Origin: Ginglymostoma cirratum
Taxonomy: Eukaryota
DNA length: 64,000 nt
Direction: 5' to 3'
Assembly: GCA_024137785.1 (NCBI GenBank)
Contig: JAHRHZ010000062.1
Span: 25,807,014 to 25,871,013 of the forward strand
Shown: in pieces, positions 25,561-38,449 of the stretch
Position numbering within the stretch: the stretch's first letter is position 1
How the letters are laid out: each line of letters opens with the position of its first letter
Made by a program: the position numbers and the translations under genes
Notes under the pieces: model-generated
Told to the model about the DNA's origin: nothing
What the model saw: the letters and a program-made list of their open reading frames with translations, nothing else
Databases searched by the model: none

Positions 25561-27524
25561 TAGATAACCAGATAAGCATTTTGCAGCACTGATGAGAGTT
25601 GTATAGGGGGACCCTGTGGAATCCCCATTGGAGGAGACTCCAAAAGGAATTGTTGACGAAATTGAGGATCCGGAGGGCCAAACTCCCTACACTTGGAACC
25701 TCGGAAAGTATCCATTTAAATCAGAGAATTTGGAAAGTTGTGCTGAAGTCAAGTAATTAGTTACTGAAGAAATGTTAGACTATTCAATACATAGCCTGAG
25801 TAACTATTAATTTGACCCTCAATTTATCTCAAACATTCCCAACTGAACCTCCGTCTGACGCTATATTTCCCCAAACCAGACGGCTACTTTCCCTCTGAGG
25901 TTTGACCCCCACTTCCTCCACCTGTGGAACTGATAAACACCAATCCCACCCCACCACCCCCTCCTCCAACCCCTCTCTGGACTAGCCACTCCTGCCCTGT
26001 CTTCAGATCTGACTCCTACTTGGCCCTCCCAGGACTACCCCTTACTTCTGACAGAGTCAATACTCTCCTTCCCCCACTGCTGGACCTGAACCACTTGTAT
26101 CAGGATCCAATCCCCCTGACTCAGGACCCGATACCCCTTCACCAAGACTACGCCTGACTGCACCATTTACCATTTTGCAGTTGTTCACAGCTTAACAAAA
26201 TGGGTTTTTTTGCATCATATAAGTACAGGATTCTCAACTTTGCTCCCTGAATGGCTGCCTGTGAGAGCAAAATTCTGCTGTACGGAGAAAGCATGTTTAG
26301 TTTAAACAGGAAGGCACCGCTTGGTTGTATTACTGTTTTTATGTAAGTGCCAGTTAACCAGAGTCCATTAAGGTGCAAAACCAAGAAACTCACATTGGAG
26401 GCGCTAATGACTCAGGTACTCAAATTAACAACTAGGTATTTCATAGACAAGTTGTGATCGAATACCAGAAGGTGATAGAAACTCTTCAAAAGAAGTTCTA
26501 ACAGAAGAGATCAGTTCCATGGGAGTTTTCTCATTTGGTGATCCAATGCATACAAAGCAACATGTAGACGCATGATCTTTGATTTTATCTCTTATTGAAA
26601 ATATAATTTATAACACGCTTTTATTACCTTGAGATTCCGATGTAGTCATAAATTTTGGTATGTTGCTTAACATTTGCTTTTGCTGTTATTTCTTACGTCA
26701 TTGTAATCAAACACAGTTTTTGGCAAACTGATTAGAATCTCCTGAAAATTTCAAAGAACTTGCACAAGTGTAAAATGAAATTCACAACTTATTAAAATTT
26801 AGTTTTCACATGTCTGGTGTCCTTTGTACATGGCAAGTCTCCATACAATTCAAGGGCATATTTCTAGTCACCTTTGCTCCCCTCAGCTCCACCTGATTGT
26901 TCTTTTATTGCAGTTAAATGCTCTCCTCTAATCTGTCTCTAATCTGGAGTGTATTTAAATTCTCTCTCTCCGTCACTATCGCATCACCTCATTTGAATAT
27001 TGCCTTCTACACATAGTAGTAACAAAACTAGAATCAATGTAGAGTCCATTCCAGACCAATACATATTGCCATCTTCAATCTACAATCTAAAACTGTTGAA
27101 GATGTTTTTCCTGGTGAGTGATAGGAGCAATGAGAAATTCAACTACTTCCAATGTACGCTGGAGTCTGAATGTAGCCTCAAATTCAAATTTGTTCTCAGA
27201 GATCATCAACCAGCTTCACATAGCTTACTCTGGCAAAGACAACAGCTCAAGAAGCAGTTAGAAGCCACCACACAGTTTTACTTAATCATTTCCCAGCATT
27301 GTAGAAGGTTTTAATTTTTTTTTTAACGAGTTTATTTAGAAATAGCAAAGAGCAGAAATAACTCTGCCAAAAAACTATTATGTAGGTGCATTCCTGACCT
27401 GATTGTTTACCTGATTACAAAGCAAAGGTATTTCTATTTTCAAAATAAAATTAACTGCAGGATCTACTAAATTATCTTTCTGCAAGACTCACTGGAATGT
27501 AAGCTTACAAATTATTAGCATAAT

Positions 27525-27785
27525 AGGTTAAAGGTGAGAGGGGAAAGATTTAAAAAGAACCTGGCAGGTAACCTTTTCACTCAGACGGTTGTGTGTTCAT
27601 GGAACGAGCTGCCAGATGAAGTGTTGGAGGTGGGTACAATGACAACATTTAAAAAGCATCTGGATGGATATATGAATAGGAAGGGTTTAGTGGATATGGA
27701 CCAAATGCTGGTCAATGGGATTTCTGGTCAGCATGGAAAAATAGGACAAAGGGTCTGTTTCCATGTTGTATGACTCAATGATTCC
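27525..27785 (+). mobile_element. CR1 3' end fragment
   Basis: RGERFKK...FTQTVV.SWNELP...FKKHLD. Confidence 0.85.
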
Positions 27786-29055
27786 ATAAATACTGGAAAG
27801 TTCAAAAACTGCATCTAATAAAATTATGCTAATGTTTAATTTCAGAGTATGACCTTTACTAGTAATTCAGCACTCCCTTTCCATGATGGTCCTGGCTGGT
27901 ATTTTGTGGAAACAGGAATAAACCAAGCTGTGAATCCAGTTGTTGGTATGTACTATCCTGCCACACTTTCTGTTCAAAATACAATGTAATGGTTACTACA
28001 GTCCATTTGTGTCTTTTTCGTGCAACGGAGAGTGGATTTTACAATTAAGCTGAAAAAGCTGGAGATATTCATCAGATAATGAGAAATAGATTAACAACAA
28101 AACCAAATACATAGTCTCCACCCTACTTTCCCCAAGGATTTGATTCAATTCTCCTAGTTTCTTCAACTCTCTAACATCTGTTCTAATAACACCTTGTTCC
28201 ACTGCCTCAATATGCATCCATTTTTCCTCAACCAAAGTATTCATTCAATTTTCTACACTCAGCTCCCGCTTACATTTCCCATCGGAATCACAGTAGGACT
28301 CCCATGTTCCTACACTGCAACCCACCAGACTTCATATTGAACAAATTATCCTACATCTGTTTCACCACATCTTGTATAATACCATCATTACACAGACCTT
28401 CTCTTCCCTGCTTCTTTTAATATTCGCTACAGTTTCTTCCCTGGGGAGGAATGTGCAGTGGGGCAAAAATACAGGAAAATAGTTTACTTGTACTACTTTC
28501 AATTTAATTACTTTAGTTACTAATGTAATTCAGTGTAAGACATAGAGAAATCACTTCAACCTTTTGATAAGACACTTTGCAATCTTCTGAATTCAACACT
28601 GAATTCAGTAATTGTCCCCACTTTTCAGAGAATAGCCATTGATGATGATTTTGCTATTCTCCTTTACACATTTTCTAGACCAATGTATTTAATGCCTTGT
28701 CCGATAATCATTTCCTTTTGTGCTACTGCACTACGAACCCTTTAATCTTTAAATCAATCTTTCCACAGCGTCAGTGACTTACACTGTGGTTTCTCTATTA
28801 CAATTTCTCCCCGATTCCCTGCCTACATATTTGCTTAAAATCGGTAACATTGCTCATTTTTTCACAGTCAATCTGAAAACATAACTATGCTTCCTTGTCC
28901 TACTGATGCTGCCACTTTGGAATTGCATCGATTTTATGTTTTTACTTGCAGGTATTGACTGCAACGGAAGCAAACACTCTCCAGTCATTTTTATTACCAA
29001 AGACATATCGTCATTGTAAAAATGCTAAAATAAACTTGGATCAGTAATACTTCAC

Positions 29056-29110
29056 CTGATGTTGAAATGAATGATATAATACTGCAAAGAGTCCAAATTT
29101 TCATCTTCAT
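29056..29110 (-). CDS. NCR3LG1: B7-H6/NCR3LG1-like gene, exon 1 (signal peptide MKMKIWTLCSIISFISTS)
   Basis: Manual reverse-strand translation: ATG, basic N-terminus and hydrophobic core, 55 nt ending in phase 1 at G|GTGAAG. It joins the IgV exon in frame (G+AC = Asp, giving ...TS-DTMDLK). Confidence 0.8.
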
Positions 29111-29164
29111 TTTGAGAACTTACAGCTTCGAAAGCATTTTCCAACAATACCCAAGAACTACTGA

Positions 29165-29275
29165 TCCCGGAACTTGCTGCCGAATAAATGTTTTACTTTC
29201 GTTATTATTCATCCAATGCATCATAATCTAATAATAAAATTTGTTTCGGGGCAAAATTCGAGCATAACCAATTAG
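29165..29275 (-). promoter_or_regulatory. Putative proximal promoter of the B7-H6-like gene (IRF-E/ISRE-like, CCAAT and ETS-like motifs)
   Basis: CGAAAGTAAAAC on the minus strand at 29190-29201 (one mismatch from GAAAGTGAAAC), CCGGAA near 29167 and two CCAAT pentamers, all within about 170 bp of the ATG. Motif matches only. Confidence 0.35.
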
Positions 29276-29445
29276 TCATTCAGTCATACTTAAAGGAGCA
29301 GCATTTAAATTTAAAAAGAAGATTGGAAGCAAGACCATTTTTTTCAAACTTACAGTGTGTGAAAAGTAATTTACTTTAAGTCATACACCATTTACCATTT
29401 TGCCGTTGTTCACAGCTTAACAAAATATTACTTTTTCCATACTAT

Positions 29446-29475
29446 ATCGCTTCTCGGCCTTTAGGCTCAGACCAA
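29446..29475 (+). pseudogene. U2 snRNA 5' fragment (nt 1-30)
   Basis: ATCGCTTCTCGGCCTTTAGGCTCAGACCAA versus vertebrate U2 ATCGCTTCTCGGCCTTTTGGCTAAGATCAA (27/30). The match starts exactly at U2 +1; no further U2 sequence seen. Confidence 0.85.
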
Positions 29476-32400
29476 TTGGCTGCGATCAGTTGCTGGGGCT
29501 TTTTGCCTCGGCGACGGGGAAATTTGAGTGGGGAGAAACAAAGAAAAAAAATGTGGATGTTTACTGTGTGCAGGATTTCCTCTGCAGTGGATATTTTGAC
29601 GTGACTTTCAAGTGTGTCAAGCAATGTGAGTGCCTCCTGAAGGCTTTCAAGGAGGAAAAGAGGTGAGGGTCCCCTCTCTGTCCTGAATGCCGTGCCACTG
29701 TTTGTGCTGCCTGTGCAGAGGAGCCGGATGGTCACCATCCATATGTACAACCCGCATGTGCCAGCAGCAGATGTTCTGACATTCCTGTGAAGGTAATGTG
29801 AAAGTGGAGAGCGGCAGCAGTGCTGTGACGGACCCCTTAGGGATCTGAACCAGCCATTGGCACGTCAAGGTAACCCTGAGGGCAGGTGTGGATCGGAACA
29901 TCCTCCACCCACCGTCCAGCTTTGCGATTGGTGGGAGCTAAGACTACCTGATGTAGATGGGGCATCCCAAGGTGTGTCATATCTGCCGGAGGGCAGGGCA
30001 TGTGGCGGCAGACTGTAAGGTGACCCTGTGCAGGAACTGTATGGAGGAGGGACACCTGACAAAGAACTGTCAAAAGACAAAGGAGTGTAACATTTGTGGA
30101 GAAGCGGGCCACCTCTATAAGACGTGCCCACGATGGGGGGGCCACATATGCTCAGATGGCAAGCAGGGGCAATGTGTGGGCCAAACCGGCCCAAAGGACA
30201 GTAAGGTGCCACCCTCCAGCAGGGAAATTGAACAGGCGGACATACAGAAGGAGAGACAAGTTGCAGAACAGAGACATGAAGCCAGCGCAGCGGCACAACA
30301 GACCCATCACCCTCCTGAGAATCCAGAGTCAATGGAGGAGGAGATGAAGAAGAAGTCGGGGGAGTGGAAAACGGTGAAGAGAAACTGGAAAAGAAAACCT
30401 CGCCTGGCCCCCCCACACCATAACAACAGAACAGGAAGGGCCAGCTACAGGATGGCCACAGAAGCTTCTCCGATGAAGAGGACTCACAGATGGAGGGCCA
30501 TCAACAAAAAAGAAGGATCATGGCTTCCAGGGAGAAGGAGAGGAGCACTACCCTGCTCGAAAACAGTGGATATCAGGAGCCCCCTGGCAAAACTCAGCCC
30601 TCCACTGCAAGGCACATGGGGGGTCCCTCCATATCACAGATCCAGGCAACCAGATGCAGCGACGCTTCGAGCAAGGAGCAGGGGATGACAGCACCCCCAG
30701 TTGGACTCAGAACTGGACATTCCCAGCTTCGTCCTCACCCCGATAATGCCAGACAGGGGAAATGGCCTGAATGATGACCTGGACAGCTGCCTCAGCCCTG
30801 TGAGGATCCAACTATTTGCCCACACAACGGGGATGCAGGGACTGCCGCAATGATCAGATCTCGGGAAAAAGCACTTTGTGCTCTAACCATTGTATCAACC
30901 TAAAATGGATTTAAACACTGTAAGAGTTAATGTGCATAGCATTAAATCTACCACGTGATGCGTCTCCACATTGGCTTACCTGGCCAACATCAAAGCCGAC
31001 CTCCTGTTTCTCCAGGAGTGCGGGATCCTACACCTCAGCAGCTACAGGAAATGGTTGAGCTTGTCAGCCCATGGGTCTTCGTTTTGCTCGGGGGGCAATA
31101 ATTGTCATTCCTCTGGCTTGGGTATTCTGCTGCGAGGAAGCAACTTCACCATCTCCGAGGTTAAGGAGGTGGTTGGTGGGCACCTCCTCCTGGCAGACAT
31201 TATGAACAGGAATAGTCCCCTGAGACTAATTAATGTGTACGCCCCAGTGATAAAGAGTGAGTGGTTGGCCGTCCTACAGTAGCTCCCACTGCTGCTGGCT
31301 AAGTCCAGGCTGGCTGGTCATTCTGACCGGAGACTTCAACTGCATCATCAATGGGGATGTTCGATCTGGAGTAGGGGGAGGGGTGCGATAGTAAACTGGA
31401 CGCCACATCCAGATTCCTGACGGAAACGGTAAAAGACACCAAGCTGCACGACATCTTCATTAGCCCTGCAGATGGAGCACGGCGCAGATACACCTGGTGG
31501 TGACCAGATGGGTCTATCCGCTCAAGGGTAGATTTCCAGTTTGCGTTCTCGGTCAGATCCATTGACATCAAGCCAGTGTTCTTCTCTGACAACTGCCTCC
31601 TGCTGGCCAGCTGTCACGTACAAGGGCAGGGAAGGAAATGTGGAAGCTAAATATGAAACTGTTGACCCCAGAAAACATTGAGGAGCTCAAAGGGGATTAC
31701 ACAGGTTGGAGAACCATGAAACCACTCTTTGAGTCTCCGGGGGACTGGTGAGAAACGGTCAAAGGGAACTTCAAGAATTTCTTCATCCTCAAAGGTGTTC
31801 AAAAGGTGAGAGACAGGCAGGGAAAACTGTCACAACTCCAGAAAAGGATGCAGAACCTGCTCCTATTGCAGACGATGGGAGTCGATGTTACGGAGGATCT
31901 CCCATTGCCTCGGAGGCCTCCAAGACAATGTTCTGGTCCAGGGTCTGCCCTGTGGAGCAGGATGAGACATGCTCACGTTTCCTCTTCTGGAACGTGCACA
32001 AGGAGAGCTCTGTGCTCATGAGCCTGAAGGAAGAAGATGGCTCGGTAACATCTTCTCAGTCTAGATCCTGAGGATCAGCAAATCCTTTTATATCAGACTG
32101 TATGACATGAAGCCCATAGACAGCATGGCCTCCCAGTCATTCCTGTCATCTATCATGTAGGTCTTAGATGTTAGTACTCAGGAGAGGCTGGACCAGTCGC
32201 TATCTCTGGATGAGCTGACCAAGGCCCTCGAGTCCTTAGAAAGGAATAAAACTCCTGGGAGTGATGGCTTACCGGCCGTGTTACATTACGCTCTGTGAAA
32301 CTTGATTGGCCAGAACCTGCTGGAGGTGTATGACAGTATGCTTTAGGCAGGTACTTTGTGTGAATCCATGAGGAAAGGCATCATCACCCTCATCCACAAG

Positions 32401-34230
32401 CAGAAGGGGGAGAGGGAGGAAATTAGAAATTGGTGACCTATTTCACTGTTGAATGTAAATTACTAAATCCTGTCCAAGGTCATCGCCAACTGGATCAGGT
32501 CTGCTCTGGGATCGGTGAATTACCCTGACCAAACCTGTGCCTTACCGGGCAAGAAGATCGCTGAGAGCCTCGCGCTCCTCAGGGATACCGTCACCGACGT
32601 GTAGGACGGGGGGTGGAAACCTGCCTCGTCATCCTGGACCAGGAGAAGGCCTTTGACAGGATATCACACACCTACATGAGAGATGTTCTCTCCAAATTGG
32701 GGTTTGGGGAGGGAATCTGCAATTGGATCCAACTGTTCTACACCAATATTGTTAGTGCAATCTCAATCAATGGGTGGGAATCAGAAAGCCTCCCAATCAG
32801 ATCTGGAGTCAGGCAGGGCTGCCCACTCTCTCCTGCCTGGTTTGTGTGCTGCATAGACCCCTTTGCCGAGTCCATCAGGAAGGATGTGAGCCTGACAGGG
32901 GTGGCTATTCCAGGCAGCGGAGGCCTGCAAGTCAAAGCCTCCCTGTACATGGATGCCGTTTTCGACTCGGATCCGCTGTCATTGAGCAGACTCTTGAGCA
33001 TCTGCGATCAGTTTGAAATGGCCTCGGGTGCCAAGGTTAATAGGGGCAAGAGCAAGGCCATGCTCTTTGGGAATTGGGCCAACAGATCCTTCATTCCCTT
33101 CACCATCAGAACACACTACCGGAAGGTGCTGGGTGTTTGGTTCGGAGGGGCTGGGGTGTGCACCAAAACTTGGGAAGAGCGTGTCACCAAAGTGAGGCAG
33201 AAACTAGGCAGATGGGAGAGGACTGGTCCCTCTCCATTGCAGGAAAAAGTCTGGTCATCAGGTGTGAGGTACTCACAGTGTTGTTGTATGTGGTGCAGGT
33301 CTGGCTCATCCCCCGAACCTGCACCATTGCAGTCACCTGGGCCATCTTCCATTTCATTTAGAATCGAAGAAGGATTGAGTCCGCAGGGACATTATGTCTA
33401 AAGAACTGGACAAATAGGGGAGAAACATACCTAATGCTCCCTCACCCTGATGGCCACCTTTGTGTGTGGTTGCATCAAGCTGTGCGTAGACCCTTGGCGT
33501 GCAAACACCAAGTGTCACTACTTACTGAGGTTCTACATGTTACGAAGGATTGGTCTGGCCTCATTGCCACAGAATGCTCCAAGTAGTTGGACTGTCCCGT
33601 ATCACCTGTCATTCATGGAGAAATTTGCAAAGAAAAATACCTTTGACCACAAGTCAATCAGGCAGTGGTCAGCACATAGTGTCCTTAAGACCCCTCAGGA
33701 AATGGATGGGGTGGATTGTATTGAGTGGTTCCTTGTGCAGACTGTCAAAGTCATTTGGCAGAACACCTCATCACCAATGCTTTCAAACAAGCACCAGGAC
33801 ATCGCTTGGCTAGTGATGAGAAGGGCTGTGCCCGTGCGATCCTTCACACATGCTCGGACTCTCTGCACCACCACACACTGCCCTCGAAGTGGCTGCGGAG
33901 GGTTCGAGACTGTCAAACACCTCCTTCTGGGATGCGCCTATCCAACAGAGGTCTGGAGGGAAATGCAATGATTTTTGTTGTGGGTCATCCCAAACAGCTC
34001 CGTGTCATGGGACTCTGAGCTCGACGGTCCGTTTCCCAGGACACACACCAAGACCAACATCACCTGTGGCTAGAGGACCATCAATGTGGTGAAAGACATG
34101 CTTTGATCTTCGCAAAGCCTGCTGGTGTTCCACTTGAAAGAGTTGACACCAACTGAGTGTTGCAGATTGGTACATTGCAAGGTCCAGGACTCCATGCTGA
34201 GGGACGCAATAAAGCTTAGGGCAGCTGTTA
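29476..34230 (+). mobile_element. Near full-length decayed Tx1/L1-clade non-LTR retrotransposon (Keno-like)
   Basis: ORF1: ZCCHC3-like segments (YCVQDF..FDVTF, VTIHMYNPHVP) and three CCHC knuckles. ORF2 from about 30905: APE (LFLQE, LINVYAP, GDFN), RT (LDQEKAFDRISH, SGVRQGCPLS, LYMD) and a C-terminal C-x-C/ET..HLL..C zinc motif. Many stops and frameshifts; 3' UTR missing. Confidence 0.92.
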
Positions 34231-34399
34231 AATCTTTAATCAGTTAGAAAGGAGAAGCAGGTTTCAATTGATTAATATGCAAATCCCAGAATTTCTTTCA
34301 AGTTACTGCTCCGAGATAACTAAAGGTTTCATCAATATACCGGCGGGGACATCTCAGGTCAGACAATTCATTGATTGGGGGAGGCTTTTTGCAGATAAA

Positions 34400-35750
34400 G
34401 GGGCAGTTGGGAAGTGGTAGACCTTTAAAAATGAGCTAACAAGAGTTCAGAGACAGTATATTCCTGTTCATGTAAAGGGCAAGGCTGGTAGATGTAGGGA
34501 ATGTTGGATGACTAGAGAAATTAAGGCTCTTGTCAAGAAAACAGGAGGCATCTGTCAGGTGTAGGTAGCTTGAATCAAGTGAATCCTAGAGGAGTACAAG
34601 AGCAATAGGAGTATACTTCAGTGGGAAATTAGGAGGGCAAAAGGGGGATGTGAGATAGTCTTGACAAATAGAGTTAAGGAGAATCCAAAGAGATTCTGAA
34701 AGCATATTAAAAGCAAAAGAGTAACTGAAGACAGAATAGGACTCTTAAAAGACCAACGTGGCTGTCTATGTGTGAAACCACAAGAGATGGGTGAGAGACT
34801 GAATGAAGAATTTACTAAGTTTGTAGATGACATCAAAATTGGTGGTGTAGTGGATAGTGAAGAAGGTTATTTCAGAGTACAACAGGACTTTGATCAGATG
34901 GACCAATGGATCAAGGAATGGCAGATGGAGTTTAATTCAGATAAATGTGAGGTGTTACATTTTGGTAAGGCAAATCAGGGCAGGACTTATACATTTAATG
35001 GTAGGGCCCTGGCAGGTGTTTTCAAACAAAGAGACCTAGGAGTAAAGGTGCGTAGTTCCTTGAAAGCAGAATCACAGGCAGACAGGGCGGTAAAGAAGGT
35101 ATTTGGCACATTTGCCTTCATTAGCCAGTACATTGAGTATAGGAGTTGGAATGTCATGTTGCAGCTGTACATGACATCAGTGAGGCCACTTTTAGAATAC
35201 TGTGTATGATTCTGGTTTCCCTTCTATAGAGAGGATGTTGTTAAACTTGAGAGGGTGCAGGAAAGATTTATAAGGATGTAGCCAGAACTAGAGAGTTTGA
35301 GTGATAGGGAGAGGCCGAATTGGCTTGGACTGTTTTCCCTGGAACATTGGAGGCTGACTGGTGAGCTTATAGAGATTTATAAAAGCACGAGGGGTCTGGA
35401 GAGCATGAATAGCCAAGGTCTTTTTCCTAGGGTTGGGGAGTCTAAAATTAGAGAGCATAGGTTTAAGGTGAGAGGGGAAAGATTTAAAAAGGACCTGAGG
35501 GTAACTTTTTACTCAGAGGGTGGTGCATGTATGGAACGAGCTGCCAGAGAAGGTGATGGAGGCTGTTACAATTACAACATTTAAAAGGTATGTGGATGGG
35601 TATATGTACAGGAATGGTTTACAGGAAATAGGACAAATGCTGGCAAATGGGACTAAGTCAGATTTGGTCGTCTAATCAGTGCAGACAAGTTGGACCAAAG
35701 GGTCTGTTTCCATGCTGTTTGACTGTATGTCTCTGTGACTATGACTCTAC
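34400..35750 (+). mobile_element. CR1 LINE with an internal deletion
   Basis: FVDDIKIGG, WQMEFNSDKCEVLHFG, VRPLLEYCV and a (TGACTA/TGACTC)-type tail. Confidence 0.9.
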
Positions 35751-36069
35751 AAAAGCAATTGCCCTTTATGTTGAGTAACCTACAAAACCTTATTCAGTGT
35801 CTACTCTTTCCCATTCTGAATTCAGTTGATCACTGTTGACTACAGCTGGGGTCAACAGATATTCTTCAAAAGGAAGAACCTAACTAGGATACCTCATACA
35901 TCAGCTGTTGTATTATACTCTAAGAGTGAAAGATCAAAGAGTTAGGGTGCTAGTTGTGTAAGCTTTGACTGGCTGTTCCTCATTCTTGAATTTATGTTCT
36001 TACCTCAGCACAAAGTTGTATGAAATCTGGTGCCTTCCTAACAACACAGGCATCTATCCTGTAAAGAGG

Positions 36070-37430
36070 AAAAATGTCCTAGTATGTCCTGTGCACAAAA
36101 AGGGAAATACTAAATGTTACACTATCGGTCTACCCTGAAGTATCAGCAAATCAATAGAATGGGTTGCCATGAATTCCATCAACCGTGACTTGCATAGGAA
36201 TAGCATGTTCATTTATGCTCAGCTTAGTTTCTACCAAAGCCACACAGCTCCTGAATTCACTTCAGCCTTATCAAAACATGGATAGAAATGCTGATTTCCA
36301 GAAATAGGGCAAATACGACTGTCCTTTACATCAAGATAGCATTTGACCAAGCATGATATCAAGGAGCCTCAGCAAAATTGGAGTCAATGGAAATCAGGGG
36401 GAAAGCTCTCTAATGGCTAGAATCATACTTTGCACAAAGGAAGATAGCTGTGATTGTTGAAGAACAATCATCTCATCCAAGGAAATCACAGCAGATTTCC
36501 TCAGAGTAGTCTCCTAGGCCCAACCATTTTCAGTTACTTCAACAATGACCTTCACTGCACCATCAGGTCAGAAGTGGAAATGTTTGTACTGTTTACACAA
36601 TGCTCAGCACCAATTGCAACAACTCTGAAATAGAAGCAGTTAGTCCACGTCCAAATGTAGCAAGACCAGGACAATACCCAGGCCTGTGCTGGAAACTGGC
36701 ATGAAATATACATGTCCTTTAAATGCAAGAAAATGACCATCTCCAACAAGCAAAAGTTTAACAATTGCACTTGACATTCAATAGCATTACTATCACAGAA
36801 CACTTCAGTATCAACATATGAGAGAAACTGAATATGGCCAGTGTAAGTACTGTGGTTAAAAGAGCAGGGCAAAGACCAGAACTTCTGTGGCAATTAACCC
36901 ACCTCCTGACTCCCCAGTGCCTACCCAACATCTACAAGACGCATCAGGAGTGTGATGGAGTATTTGCCTAGATAGGTGCAGCTCCAGCACCACTCAAGAA
37001 ACTCAAAACTACGCAGGAAAAAGCAATCTATTTGATTGGCAACCTATCCAGGACCCTCAATATTTACTCCCTTCACCTCTGATGTGCAGTGACAGCAGTG
37101 TGCACCATCTACAAGATGCAGTGCAGTAACTTATTATGGTTTCTTCGACTGCAACTTCTAAACCTGTGACTCTTACCACCTGTCAGGATAAGGGCAGCAG
37201 ATACACAGAAACACCACCAGCTACAAGTTTCCCTCTAGGCACACAATGTCCTATCGCCCGTTCTTCATTGCCAATGGATTAAATCCTGAAACTTCTTTTC
37301 TAACAGCACTGGGCGTGCTCATATGTTCTAACGACAACACATGTTCGAGGAATCGGCTCCCCACCACTTTCACGAAGGCAGTTAGTAATGAACAATAAAT
37401 GTCACCCATATTCTATGCTCAAATAAAAGC
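36070..37430 (+). mobile_element. Degenerate CR1-group LINE (family of 41665-44965)
   Basis: Reverse-complement similarity to 41670-43160, including the tail. Confidence 0.8.
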
Positions 37431-38449
37431 ATAATTTCCCTTCAAAAACTGTGTTTTTTTAAAATCTTTTTTTTCATTTCCGCAGGTTTGATCTTAAAGC
37501 CTTCACAAGGATAGAGCAATTTGAGCATTGCCTATCAGAATATTACTGATAGGTTTCTCTGAATTACTTATTTTGTGGATCCAGAAACAAACTTGCGGTA
37601 TTTTTGCAAGTCTTTTCTTCTAATTTTGTACTTCTTTGTGAAATTCACTGTCAGATAAATAAAAATACTGATGACGATAGGATTCATTGCGCATAAAAAA
37701 TTTGAAAATTCTTCCCTAACTATCACTTTTGGTAGATACTTTTTTAACCTACTTCATCATCCTCAACAACATATCAGCACTCAAATAAAATCCCTAATTG
37801 ATTTCAGTGTCAACACTTCAGATGGATATTTTTGAACTATTCCCAGGAGATTCCATGAATAGATGGGAATGGTGAGGACTTAATTTATTTCCAGATTTTT
37901 TTCTTTCTTTTGTTAAACATAAACAAGACCTTTATCCTGAAATGGGTGATGAATTTTGTCTTGTGGCTTCTTCATGTTGTAGCACTGCTGGTGACAGCAG
38001 TCCAGGCTGCAATGGCACCAGTAGCAGGAGTAGCTTTGGGCATGCTCAATATTATCTAAAGAAATGCTTATTCCTGGCTCCTGGAAGGTGGCAGCGATAC
38101 AAGCAGTATGTATGACGTATATGTAAAACTAGTCACCAGTTGTTTCTGTATTGACCATCAGCATATAAACCATCAGTTTATGTTATTTATCTTACTGAGC
38201 CGAGAAATGGCTAGAAAATGTGATACAAAGCAAGCTACAAAATAGCAATCATGTGAATAGGGAAGCATCAGGCTTTGGAAATCTGAAGCACAAGGGACTT
38301 GTGAGTCCTAGTTCAGGATTCTCTTAAGGTTAACATTCCCAGTCCTATGAGTTGAAATGCCAATGGTTGCCATGGAGCAGAGACCAAGTGCTAACGAATG
38401 TGGGGCCATTTTGATCAATTGCAATTTGTTTTAATTATGGACAGACAGC

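Noticed and set aside
29446-29640. Functional U2 snRNA gene
   Set aside because: Only 30 nt match; no branch-point pairing region, Sm site or recognisable PSE.
29957-30688. Host ZCCHC3-like or retroviral gag gene
   Set aside because: It lies in the ORF1 position of a decayed Tx1 element, upstream parts are disrupted, and there are no LTRs.
37465-37550. Strong plus-strand splice acceptor (TTTCATTTCCGCAG) with a short open frame
   Set aside because: No partner exons or recognisable protein; unsupported without transcript data.
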